Of a stretch of DNA of 64,000 bases, positions 51,205 to 62,320 are shown piece after piece. A program made the translations under genes and the position numbers. The stretch is from Camelus dromedarius (Eukaryota): assembly GCF_036321535.1 (NCBI RefSeq), contig NC_087437.1, positions 113,648,001 to 113,712,000 of the forward strand, in the 5' to 3' direction. The notes under the pieces are model-generated. The model did no database searches and was not told the DNA's origin. It worked only from the letters and a program-made list of their open reading frames with translations. Every line of letters begins with the position of its first letter. Positions within the stretch are counted from its first letter, which is position 1.

Positions 51205-51450
51205 TCCCAAGAAAAACAATTGACAGTATTTATTGCCATTGAGAAAATTTGAGCTTTCAAGTGAAAATTTGAATTTTGTAGAACTTGTTTCTGCTACTGG
51301 GAGCTTAAGAGCAGACTGGTATTTCAACACATTTGCTGAGGAGATTGACGGTGATGTTAACAAAGATGATTTCCTAATATTCTGTACTGAAATGTATTGA
51401 CATTTGGAAGATCTGCACAACTCAGTAAACCAGTATTTGGAAATTATGTC
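51205..51450 (+). mobile_element. Charlie1-type hAT transposon internal fragment
   Basis: GACAGTATTTATTGCCA...GAGCTTTCAAGTGAAAATT...GAAATGTATTGACATTTGGAAGATCTGCACAACTCAGTAAACCAGTATTT. Confidence 0.78.
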
Positions 51451-51558
51451 ATGACGTTCAGCAGTTCCTGGTCCACCTAGAGGAGGAAGCTTTATTGAAT
51501 TGAGTGCATCAGGAGACGAGGTCGCAGTGGAATCTCTAAGGCATGTGAATTGAATACT

Positions 51559-51559
<1 letters not shown>

Positions 51560-51611
<52 letters not shown>

Positions 51612-51645
51612 CAGAAACAGAGAGAAACAGAGAGAGAGAGAGAGA
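51560..51645. repeat. Compound (TG)n(GA)n(GAGACA)n repeat
   Basis: Directly visible. Confidence 0.95.
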
Positions 51646-52383
51646 GGTCTTTACTTCCCCTGATGGAGGCCACTTCTGAGTGTAAGAGCTTTGAATCCGA
51701 GTGCTATGAGGCCATATATCCTGGATGGGAATTGCAGCCGGGTTCCAATTTGGTCCAAAGACATTGTTCCCCCACTTCCCAGGGTTTCCCTTAAGAGCTG
51801 GAGGCTGGCAGTCTCGTGGGGCCATCCCTGCATCTTCTCATGAATATGCCCACTTGCTGCTCTGCTGGTCGTTTCAGATTTGGTTTTCATCAAAACCAAC
51901 GTGGTGAACCATAAAATTGCCTAAGGAGGGCAGTGGGCATGTGGTGGGTGCTTTGCTAATGCAGTGCTGGGGTTCTGGGTAAAAGAGGACACCCAAACCC
52001 GGAGTGGGAAGGAGCGTCCAACCATTGCCAGTGCTCACGGCTCTCGGGGAGCTGCCCCCTCCTAACGCAGGCCCCCAGAAGTTCTCTGGGGCTGGGGGCT
52101 CCATAGAAACCGTCTGCTTGATGTTTCCATGCTGAGAAAGGGATTTAGCTTATAAAGAGCGTGGGGTTTGACCCATGTAAAGTAATTAAGGCGCATTACA
52201 AGAGGTGCCTGCTAATTATTTAAACTCCCAGTGGAATCAGCCACCCAAGTCCAGTGTCTGCGAAACTCTAGGGTTAGGAACAGAGCTGGCCCAGTGTCTG
52301 GTTGTGACCGGTATCAACCAGCACTGGGACCTTGGCAAGGGAATCTGCCCTGAGACAGAGAGGTGTTTAAGATCACTCCAGCC

Positions 52384-52384
52384 A

Positions 52385-52453
<69 letters not shown>

Positions 52454-52455
52454 AT
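52384..52455. repeat. Compound (A)n(TA)n(TG)n repeat
   Basis: Directly visible. Confidence 0.95.
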
Positions 52456-53544
52456 ACATATATAGAGAGAGTTATATATAGTTATATGTTTATATAGTTT
52501 CAGATGCCACCTGCAACCATATAGAGCTATATATAGAAAACACACACAGGTAACTTAGAAAGCATCATGTGAGACAATGTCTCCTAGCTCATCAGTCTCA
52601 CAGTTCATTTACTATTTAAACAGATTCATCCACCTCTAGGATACAATTATCTCTTTGTTTTGAACGCAATCTAGAGGGAAGCATGTAGGAGGCATAATTT
52701 TTTTTTTTTTAAGGTGAAGCAGTGAGGTGGGATGATTGGCAGTTGAACAGAATTTCCATTGTTGGCATCTGTACCTCTTTATGTGACCCCACCTTCTTCC
52801 CAGTCCTAATATTTGTTTAAGGTTGTTTAGAAATTGTTCCTCTCTTCTAAGACTGGGAGGCATAGCCATTCTGATCTGTATGAACAGTGGATTCCAAAGT
52901 AATAAAATAGCGGTATTAGATTCTTTCCATATTCATCCATGCCTAGAATATTTCATTTTCCCCCCAATCCTGCCATGTTATTCAGGCTGGGCTGTAAAGG
53001 GCAGAGACAAGAGAGCAAATTCCTGAAGGGTCTGGCTACTTTTTCCCTTTCTCCTAATTCCTTCAGACCCTGGCGTGGATTTTTTTACGTAGATGCAGTT
53101 TCGGATTTTACAAATTGTATACTTTCTAAGTGGGTTAATATCAAGTTCAGCTGCGACTGTTAGCGAGGTGGATGGAGCTGCACAGATGGAGTCTGCAGAT
53201 GGTGTGGAGCGAGGGGCTTGGTGCACGAAGTTCAAAGTGCAAACAGAAGCTGTGTAATAAAGCAGCAAACTGTGGTTGGCGTTGAAACTGCTCCTGGAAA
53301 AAATGGCCCCCCAACGAATGTATTTTAGTTACATTCTCTTTTGCACATTTTGAGGCTGTAGTAAAAAATAAACATCAAAGGCTATATGTGTTAAAAATTT
53401 TTTTTGTGTAGAAAATGGAAATTGTTCCTCCACTGAGCAATGAGAGAGCTCTTCTGACAATGTGCTTAGCCTCCCTGAAAAAACTCACCCACGACAGCCT
53501 GTGACCACCGAACAGTGTGCAGTGTGCTCAGGGTTCTGACTTTT

Positions 53545-53758
53545 TATTTTTTTAATGAAGCATAGTTGGTTTGCAATGTTGTTTTAGTTTCGGGTGTACA
53601 GCAAAGTGATTCAGTTATATATATATATATATTTTTTTTTTCAAATTCTTTTCCTCTATAGGTTATTACAAGATATTGAATATCATTCCCTGTGCTATAT
53701 AATAGGAACTTGTTGTTTACCTCTTTTATATATAGTTGTGTGTATCTGTTAATCCCAC
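53545..53758 (-). mobile_element. Short L1 3'-end insertion, sense to RUNX1, with perfect 13-bp TSD
   Basis: Reverse L1 3'UTR (…GGTGTACAGCAAAGTGATTCAG…TATAGGTTATTACAAGATATTGAATAT…). TSD GGTTCTGACTTTT at 53532-53544 and 53759-53771. Confidence 0.93.
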
Positions 53759-56700
53759 GGTTCTGACTTTTGTTTGCCCTTTTAAAAATATCCCTGTCTG
53801 GAAACCAGACTATTGCAATATTTTCTAGCTCTTTCTTTAGGATCTACCACCATTAAAAAAAAAAACCTGAACATTTTTGGAAGAACTTAGGTGCCGAGCA
53901 AGACCAATGTAGCTCTCAAGGAGAAGAGGAGACAGGCTTGCTCTGTGGTGCTCCCAGGCTATACTTGATTTATCGCTCATACCTTATCATTTCATTCCCC
54001 ATCAGAGATCAGAAAGGGTTCATCTTAGGAGTCCTAGTCTTCTAAGAGGATGTCCAAGAGACCAAGAATCAAAGCCAGACGGCCGCCAAGGCAAGTAAGC
54101 AGATTTGCAAAATGTCAGTCACATATTTCTCCCAAAGGACATGGTTTCAAGACCCAGCAAGTTGAATCTTTAACTTTGAGCCACTTTTGCACAGGCCCCA
54201 CAAGTTTACGCAAAGGAGCATCAGTCTTGACACCAGCAGAGCTGTTGAATGAGCCCAGGTAGCCAACTGAGATTTCTATTTGGAGTGAACTTTTACCGGG
54301 GGGGGGGGCTCAGATGTCTGGGGGATCCCACTGTTTGAAATGAAAATCTGAAAATCTATCTGAAAATAGACACATAAGGACCATGGGCTGGGAAGACAGC
54401 GTTGTTCAAAACGTGAACAGTTCTCTGAATGAACAATGATCTTGGAGCAAAACAAAATGAAAGATTTACACTGTTTCCTATTTCAAGGAAAATTTGAGAA
54501 AAAGACTTTTTTTTTTCTCCCCCTAAAGAAGGCATTGACTTGCAGGGAGGTAGATTTGTATCCAGACTCAGGAAGTAGACAGGGCCAGCAATTAACGAAG
54601 CAAAAATACTCTGTAACTTGTGGAAATTCACAGTATCATTAAGTGGGATATTATCTGGCTGTCATATTTCAGTCAAAGATAAAAAATGTCTTTAGGTAAA
54701 TTCATGGAGGGTGACTTAAAAAAATTTTCCCTCAAGAATTTCTGTAGAAAAGAATTCTCTTACAAAAAGAATAAAGGATGTAGGGTGTTGGGCCAGGGGT
54801 TTTGAGAATTCACAAAAGGGAGGGAGAGAAAAAAGGCAACTCTTTCCAGTTACTGATGGATACATCAACCTGGGGGCCAGGTGTGCTGGCTCTTAACAAG
54901 TAACACTCCCGTCCATACAAGGCTGGCTGTTTTTCTTTCCCAACGGTGTGTGAGTTAAGTGTGCTTCTGGGTTTCGACTGTGAAAATAGGTGTGACCTTG
55001 ACTCCCCTTTAACCAGCTCCCTGCTTGTTTTGCCTTCAGTAAATCAGGAATAAATAGCACCCTCCCCTACTCCCCAGCATCCACCTGCAACTTCCAAGAA
55101 GGACTGAAGGAAGAACTCAGAGTTCCCCTGTGTATATTTTCAAAGCACTGCTGATGTGGAAGACATACGAGACGAGACATCACTGGGAAAAACCAGGATA
55201 TCTGCCTGGGACCAGTCTTTGCTAGCATGACATCCATTCCCAGCCACCTTCTCTCTGTTTCCTTCCCCTTTGCCGGCTGGCAGCCAGAGGGGGAGTAAAG
55301 GAGGAGTTTGTAGAGAAGGGCATCCTTTCCTGAATAAAAAAGATGGCGCTCCACAAGCTGATGGGTTTGAAGTCCACCTTCTCCTTTCTGCCTGGACAGA
55401 TCTGAGATGCAGGCCAACTCACAGTGGGGCCAGCACACAGGAGCATCCTGGCCACACTGTACCGGCCCTGGACCACTCACTCTGAAACTCCCTGCTGTAT
55501 GCACCAGACCGATGCCCGGCTGCTTGAGCTGCTGTAGTCAGGTTTCCCTTCAGGTGCAGCCAAACAGAGCTCTCACTGGTAAACCCTAGCAGGAGCTTTT
55601 TGCTCTTAATCTCACGGTAAGAAAACGCATCATTTCAGTCGCCTGTTGGATGCAAGGTTTATTTTTCCTCTGAGTTCTTTCTGTCCCTTCTCTGGCATCA
55701 CTCAATGTCATCAGGAGAGCAGAGGGGAAGCGGAAGAAAGATTTGGGGAGAGAGAGAGAGATTCAGGAAGCTAAGAGAGGATGAGAGGATGTCTCTCCAG
55801 CAGGGAGGGATGTCTGGACCATCCAGAGGAGCGTTCCCCTTACTTTGCCAGCATGCCAAATATTACATGAAGTTTTAAACTGTGTTGTGTGCAGGAATCA
55901 CCGCGAGTTCTCTGAAAGCACCTCCTAATTATGTTCACAGTCTGCAAAGCTCTTAAAGGAAATGCTCCCTTCCTATCACTCTGGGACATCGTACTTTTTT
56001 GGGGAAAAATAGGCCAAGACGGACACATCACTTGAGGTGCACTTTATTCAGCAAACAGGCTGATGCAGAGGACTGGTGGCCCCAAGGGGAAAGAATGGGG
56101 AAGCTCAAAGGAATACAAGCCTCAGAAAAAGTGTTTTGTAGGTTTTAAGATCTGTTCTGGCACCAACACGGCTTCTGGAGAGTTCTTTGAAGAATGGGAG
56201 TTAAAAAAAGTTGTTTTTGAGATAATATGGGAAAATGCTGGCCATGTGAGAAATGGTAGGATCACTATTCCCCACCAGAAAATAAAATAATTTAAAAAAA
56301 TAGTTTCTTCAGACTAAGACAATTTTTGATGCATTTTACTGTACCTCTCTCACACATTCAAAGATTTCGAACAGGAACTCTGTCATTAAGAGGCAAGCAC
56401 ATCTAGAACATTATTACTCCCTTTTGCAGAACTCAAACGAGACACAGAGACATCTCATGACTCATCTAGGTCACTAGGAAGTTACCTGAGAAACTGAAAA
56501 TTTGCTTGAGTTTCCTGTGCAGCCTCCACTCCCACCCCCAACAGGACAAGCAGCTAAGATAGATGCCTTCCATCCTGGGTTTGGACAAATACATGGTCAG
56601 AAGCATCATCAGAAGCACAGAGCCAGGGATCCTGTGGTGGTCCCCTGGGAGACATGGCTTTTTCATTAAGAAGGGCCTTCAGGAGAATAAGGCAACCCCA

Positions 56701-57144
56701 GGGCTCTCAAGGAGGAGACAGTCCTGCCAAGATTCCTGTGACAGATGTCCTGATTAGCCTCGATACTGAAAAGATAAACTTGCTGAGTTACATCAAGGGT
56801 CCTTGCTCTCCCTCTGTCCTCTTTATGGGTACTTACAAGTGAAGCAAGGGTGACGTGGAGTTGAAGAGGTGGGCTGATTTACTACCACCTCCCACAGCCC
56901 ACTGGGGCCCCGCCACCCCACCTTTGCCCAGGCTGGACTCCCCACTTAGACCCCCCCCTTCCCTCTCCTCTTGGTTCCCACCCTCCACACCATCTCCTCC
57001 CCAACCCTGGGTCTCTGTCTCCAAGGAGTCTTTCCCACATCCCTCAGGGCATCGTGACCTCTCCTTTCTGAGACTGGACAGCTTGGACTCAGTGTGCTCT
57101 TAGAAAACTGGACATCAATAGCCACAGCTGACATTAACTGCCCG

Positions 57145-57270
57145 TTTTCCATGACTGCACTAAGCACTTGACATGGTTGTTTAATTCATCCCACTCAGCT
57201 GCCCTCACAACAGGTACCGCTACCACCCTCGTTTTATAGATAAGGAAACTGAGGCTCAAGAGAGAAGCTG
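57145..57270 (-). mobile_element. MIR SINE fragment
   Basis: CACTAAGCACTTGACATG...TTTAATTCA...GTTTTATAGATAAGGAAACTGAGGCTCA. Confidence 0.72.
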
Positions 57271-58083
57271 CTTTGTGCTATTTGGCCAAAGTCGGAAAAA
57301 CGGAAAAGAAAGAACACGGCAACCCTGTACTAAGTCGGTGTGTTTAGCATCCTGCCCCTTCGCTTTTCTGGTTGTGGCTGTTCTTACGAACTCCTGGGCT
57401 CTGTCCCCGGGACCGGTGCCCCGCAAGACCTTCTCTATTCAATTCTGCATGTGCAGTGGCCATGGAGCCTCCCTTTGCCCCCAACATCACTTGCTTTCTC
57501 AGTCGAGGGGCAGGTCTTTTCAGGGTGCACATTTCAGATCGATTTCAAGAGAAAGAAATCTCCTGGCCACGAACTTGCTTCCAAAAGCTTGGCAGTGGCT
57601 TCTTGCCATTTAGACCCTGGCTCAGTGGCTGTTTCTGAAGTTGCTTCTGTTCCTGGCGACTCACTATGAGCAGGTGCGGGGCCTCCTGCGGCCTGTGCCC
57701 CACCCCCACTGATGGAGTGTGTCGTGGGAGGGAGTTACAGGGATGGTCCCCGCCCTTGACCGGAAAAGCAGAACCAAGGAGGTGGCATCTTTGGGGGACG
57801 GCTTTTTGCTATTTTCAAGCTTCAACATTTCAAAATTGCCTTGTCATTTTTAAAAGGTTTCTTAGCATGCAAAGGGACTTAACAGGCAAAGGGGATGATT
57901 GTGAGTTTAGATAGATTTTAGCACATTTTTTTTTCTTAGTTTCAAAATGTGTGGCAGTTTCAGAATACTGAATTCCATCTCACGTGAGGGAGCTGGGCAC
58001 TGACTCTTCCACATCCAGGAGAGCACTTAAGAAAAGTCCAGGTCCCTTGTGGGTCAAAGAGAGTCAGGCTTGCTAAGACAATC

Positions 58084-58466
58084 TGTTATGTATTGAACCG
58101 TGTGCTCCCCAAATTCATATACTGAATTCCTAACTTGTAGTATTTCAGAATGTGACAGTGTTGGGAGACCGGGTCTTTACAGAGATGAATAAGATTAAAT
58201 GAGATCATTAGGGTGAGCCCTAATCCAGTCTGACTGGTGTCCTTATAAGAAGGGGACACTGGGATACAGAAACGTACAAAGAGAGGACCACATGAAGAAA
58301 CAGGGAGAGGACAGCCACCTACTAGCCAAAAAAAAAAAAAAAAAAAAATGAAACGCTCCACCAGGATTTGCAATGAGATTTCTGGCCTCCAGAATCTTGA
58401 GACAATACACCCTGTTGTTTAAGCCACTCAGTCTGCGGTCCTTTGTTAGGGCCGCAAAATAATACA
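58084..58466 (+). mobile_element. MaLR solo LTR (MLT1A/B-like)
   Basis: Starts TGTTATG, ends TAATACA; internal GCCCTAATCCAGTCTGACTGGTGTCCTTATAAGAAGGGG and TGTTGTTTAAGCCACTCAGTCTG. Confidence 0.9.
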
Positions 58467-58599
58467 GAACTCACACTGGGTCTGGTCCCTAGTGGAGTCG
58501 ATGGCTCTCTGTGATCTTAAATCTTCAGCAGAGCCAGAAGTGTCTTCCTAAATCATTCTCTGAAAAAAGTGGCAAACTGAGGCTCCCAGAGAAGCATGC

Positions 58600-59200
58600 T
58601 TCACGCACTCAGCCTCGGATGCCGCGATGCCCTTTCAAAGATGCCTCGCGGAGACGGCGGCAAGTCAGCCTCGCTGAGATTTTTACCTGTGGTTCTAGGA
58701 ACTCGAAGGCGCATTAGCAGTCAGGCTTCGCACAGACCACTAAGCCACTTCTAAGAACAAGGCTACCTGCGGCGCCCTGCAGACATGTGCACGCGCGCTT
58801 CCTCTTCAGGCCTCCTGCAGCTCCCAGGGCCCGCACGCCGGACCTTGCCGGGGAACCCAAGCTCGGGTTCTGCGAGGACTCGGCGCTGTGGAGCCTGTGT
58901 GACCATTCCAGGGAATTTCAATCGTACCTCATCTTCTTGCACGTGAAGCGAGAGCCTGGTGCGGTGGGGTGGCAAAGAGCGGCGTTCTCTGTGGTAGACC
59001 ACATTCGTTTTGCATGCCAGGCTCTCAGACTCTCGCTTGCCTGTCGCTCAGAAGGAACGATGCTTTGCTTGGTCCCCCACCTCTCTTTCTCCTCAATTTC
59101 CACATGGGTATCTTGCTAAAAAATGAGTTATGGGTTTCCTCCAGTAAGAATTGCCTGCACTGATAAAGTACCATCCCAGGAAGAAAACAAGGTCCCCCTT
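58600..59200. promoter_or_regulatory. Probable orthologue of the Runx1 +3 enhancer region
   Basis: 2.5-3 kb into the intron and CpG-rich. RUNX sites at 58688-58694 and 58990-59003 (inverted pair), GATA TGATAA 59161-59166, ETS CAGGAAG 59177-59183. Assignment rests on position and motifs only. Confidence 0.55.
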
Positions 59201-60300
59201 CCCACTGCTGCTCCCCCCCGTGCCCCTCCCCCGCCCCCAGCTTGCAGGGAGGTGCAGCTGCCGAGGGAACGCATGCTGTAAATTATAGGCGGTGAGAAAA
59301 GACCCCAGTGCTGAGCATCGCTGATGGCCAGGCTGCAGAACCCGGGGTACCAACTCTGAGAACACTTTGTAAGAGAAAAGGGTGACTTCTAGCATCATGC
59401 CCTAAGGCAGTGTCCACACAGTACCAAAAGCCAGGATGTTTGGCCACCTGTCCAGCTCTAAGAAGTGGTACGGACAGCTAACCCAGACAATTCAAACCCT
59501 CAGACTGACCAATCACCTTGATAAAATTAGCCCTGAAATGGCCAAGATGTCCCTTTGAGTCTCTGAAATTAAATCTCAATATTATATTCTTGAGTTAGAG
59601 ATTATGAAAGGCCCCAAGCTCCTTTTACTGAGAGGAAGGAGTGAAAAGACCTTCTTACGTGAGCCCTTCTGAGTCCTGGTTGGGGTCCTAGGGTGCTCTC
59701 CACTCTGCCCCCTTGAAAACTCACTGTTTATAACCTGGGGCAGGTCAGTGCCAGTCCAGGGGACACGGGGGCTGTGGGGCTGGGGCCGGGGCCGGGCTCC
59801 TCTTTCCCGGCAACTGTGCGGGCCACCGGGTCCCCTCATCATCTTTGCTGTCCCACCAGAAAGGACAGAAGGGAGGCCAGCACCACACACCAAAATCCCA
59901 ACCATGACCCAGTGGAATGTTGAAAAATTTCCTGGATCTGCCTTCCTGAGTTGATAAAATAGGAAACAATCATCGTTTGGAGGATGCATTGAAAGCAGAG
60001 GAAAGGCAGGAAGATCATTTTTTTTTTTCTGTTATTCTACAGATATTGCTTCCTTTGCTTGTTAGTGGCCCAGAGGAAATGCAGCAGGAGGCTCACAGCT
60101 TCTCAGCAGCGGCCACGTTTCTGCCGCAGGAGCCCCAGCCGCGAGGATGTGTGACTCATACCCACCGCATGATTCAACTTCACTAAAATTTCCTCAGCTG
60201 CCAGTAAAGAAGCACTTGAAAACCCTTTAATTTGAAGCTTTGAATCGGTTAATGACTTGCTTTCTTGCCCTTCTCCTGAAATCTTCCCCCTCCCCTTCCC

Positions 60301-60301
<1 letters not shown>

Positions 60302-60349
<48 letters not shown>
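60302..60349. repeat. (AC)n microsatellite, ~24 units, 1.3 kb into the intron
   Basis: Directly visible. Confidence 0.97.
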
Positions 60350-60354
<5 letters not shown>

Positions 60355-61615
60355 CGCAGCTTGCCAAGTGTTTAAATTTCAGAGACCCGGAAACATCAAG
60401 GCTCCATGCATCCACAATAGCCTTTGTTGTGACAGAGTGGCTGGCAGGCCTCCGCGTTCCTCGGCGCACTTGGCCGTGTGGATACATAATGAGTCACAGA
60501 TACTACTTGGGTGCATGCGCGAGTTCGAGTTTGTCGCCAGAAAATTAATTGTTCCCCCGTCTCATCCATCCCGCTTTATCCCAGCTCTGCCAAACCATCA
60601 AGCCACACTGTGCAGGCCCTGGTCAGGGTGCTTGCCCCGACACATGGTAATGCCGCTGTGACATTTCCCGGTTATGATTTTTGTTGGTTAAAGCACGGCC
60701 CCATTTTGCCACCAAGGAGACCCAGAACGCACATGCACACACAGGTACTCACACACTCAGAGGTCAATGACAGCTTTGTATATTTCAAGAGGCAGATTGC
60801 AAAAATGCAGACAGGTACTCCACACACGAGCTGTCCCTATTAGGGAACATGCCATCGGGTCACTTCAGCTGCTGCAAACGCTTAATTTAGGAAACATCTT
60901 CGTTGCTCTTGGCGAAACAGACCTCTGTGCTCTGCTTTTTTTCCTCTCTTGAAAGATGCTGGCTGCCTCTCTGCGCTGAGGCAGCAAGGAATTACCCAGT
61001 ATTGCCCCATCCAGGGGCTTTCAGCCTAGACAAGTCTGCCCGGCTCCCGTGCTCTCTGCCTTTTGGAGACAGCTGACTTGTTACTTTGTCCCTGCCATCC
61101 CCGCCGGGGCTGGTCCCATGGGTCTCGGGGAGCCTACCTCCGCCTCCGCCCCAAACTGGCACCGGCCCTCCTGGCCAGCTCTGCCTTTTCCCCGCTGTTG
61201 CCCGGGGGGAAGGCTGGCGTGCGGGCCACACAGCACGCCGGGTGCAGGACAGCTCAGTCACAGTCATTCCGGGCAAGGGGCAACAGAAGAAACCCCAGAG
61301 AGCTTCATGCAAGCTCTGTCATCTCAAGGACTTTAATCAGGGGCAGCCCAACTTACTCTCAGTTGACAAAGTTCTCACACACCGACTGAACACTTCCGCA
61401 GCTCAACTAAGTGTTTATTAAAACATTTCTGAAGAGCGACCGCCTGATGAATAAGTAATCCAATAGCCTTGTAATCATACGCCTGAGTTTGAATTCCTCC
61501 CACAAAACAGACAGGGGATCGGCCGGGGCCGTCTGCACCAAGTTACAACAGGCTGTCATTTCATTCTCTGCAAAGCTGAGCAAAAGTAGATATTAAAAGC
61601 CCAGAGTGTACTCAC

Positions 61616-61673
61616 CTCTCATGAAGCACTGTGGGTATGAAGGAAATGACTCAAATATGCTGTCTGAAGCCAT
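61616..61673 (-). CDS. RUNX1: RUNX1 first coding segment of the distal-promoter (P1) isoform RUNX1c; partial CDS, 58 nt, phase-1 end
   Basis: Reverse complement reads GGAAGCG-ATG GCT TCA GAC AGC ATA TTT GAG TCA TTT CCT TCA TAC CCA CAG TGC TTC ATG AGA G|gtgagt = [19 protein letters not shown](E). This is the RUNX1c N-terminus (RUNX2 and RUNX3 P1 start MASNS). A canonical GTGAGT donor follows at 61615-61610. Too short for the ORF track. Confidence 0.98.
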
Positions 61674-61732
61674 CGCTTCCTCCTGAAAAGGCACCCTCTT
61701 CTGAAGGCGGGGGGTTCAATGATTTCTTTTAC
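61616..61732 (-). other. RUNX1: RUNX1 exon 2 (117 nt: 59 nt 5'UTR + 58 nt CDS)
   Basis: Acceptor ttttgctcttaAG|GTAAAAGAAATCATTG (AG at 61734-61733) and donor GAGAG|gtgagt. Sequence and length agree with my recollection of the human exon. Confidence 0.9.
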
Positions 61733-61869
61733 CTTAAGAGCAAAAACCCAGAAAGGTCACCATTTTAACCCATCTAACCTCACCCCCAACCATGGTTCCC
61801 TACATCTCCTTTTTTACCCCCCTCCTCGACACCTCTGGGGCTCCCCGAGCCCTATGAAAAAAAATGTAC

Positions 61870-62083
61870 CTTTGCGAAGATAAATATTCAAATTGTTAAA
61901 GATTAAAAAAAAAAAAAAAGCGGCGTCTTGGCTGTGGGTTGGTGATGTTCAGCGCTCTGCGAAACCCTGTGGTTTGCAGTCAGTGTGATTCGTCCTGCGT
62001 GCTGACCACTATGCCGGGCTCAGACTTCTGACACTGCCAGGCTACCCAACTTGTGGTTCTGTGGTTGTTTATGAGGCCCAAAG
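61870..62083 (-). other. RUNX1: RUNX1 P1 non-coding exon 1 (5'UTR); both ends approximate
   Basis: Minus strand from 62083 reads CTTTGGGCCTCATAAACAACCACAGAACCACAAGTTGGGTAGCCTGGCAGTGTCAGAAGTCTGA, matching the start of human RUNX1c mRNA as I recall it. The best available donor is AAG|gtacat at 61870/61869. Confidence 0.8.
62052..62066. promoter_or_regulatory. Tandem RUNX binding sites in the P1 5'UTR (autoregulatory element); a third site lies at 61968-61974
   Basis: TGTGGTT-C-TGTGGTT (AACCACAGAACCACA on the transcript). This tandem is known to be conserved at the P1 5'UTR of vertebrate RUNX genes. Confidence 0.92.
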
Positions 62084-62320
62084 AAGTTTTCACACAACCC
62101 AAATTACAAATTTAACTGTTCCCCTTTCCTCCGCCCATCTTCATTGGTTCCTGCCAATCACGTGACTCCAGTGATGTCAATTTCTTTTTCTTTTTTTTTT
62201 CCTCTAACTTTCTGAGCAATGCCCTTCCTTCCCTCCACCTGCCCTCCCCCAAGACTGTGCAAGAAAATAGCTGAGGAGACTTTGCAAGAGAGGGACTGGA
62301 GAAAAAAGTGACTCAGTCTC
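62084..62320 (-). promoter_or_regulatory. RUNX1: RUNX1 distal (P1) promoter
   Basis: Immediately upstream of exon 1. Contains MYB-like TAACTG 62113-62118, GC box CCGCCC 62131-62136, opposed CCAAT boxes (ATTGG 62143-62147, CCAAT 62154-62158), E-box TCACGTGA 62158-62165 and AP-1 TGACTCA 62309-62315. Confidence 0.85.

Larger units (their letters stand above)
1..61615 (-). other. RUNX1: Part of the long RUNX1 intron downstream of the P1 coding exon (continues beyond the window start)
   Basis: Begins with GTGAGT. No sequence encoding the next RUNX1c residues or the Runt domain was found. This intron is known to exceed 100 kb in human and mouse. Confidence 0.9.

Noticed and set aside
51121..51825. 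Longest ORF in the track (234 aa, minus strand)
   Set aside because: It runs through a compound microsatellite (SLSLSVSV/HTHT) and the antisense of a Charlie transposon fragment, with no recognisable domain. A chance ORF.
50500..52500. Approximate syntenic position of the human intronic lncRNA RUNX1-IT1
   Set aside because: Position recalled only roughly, and nothing in the sequence supports a transcript here.
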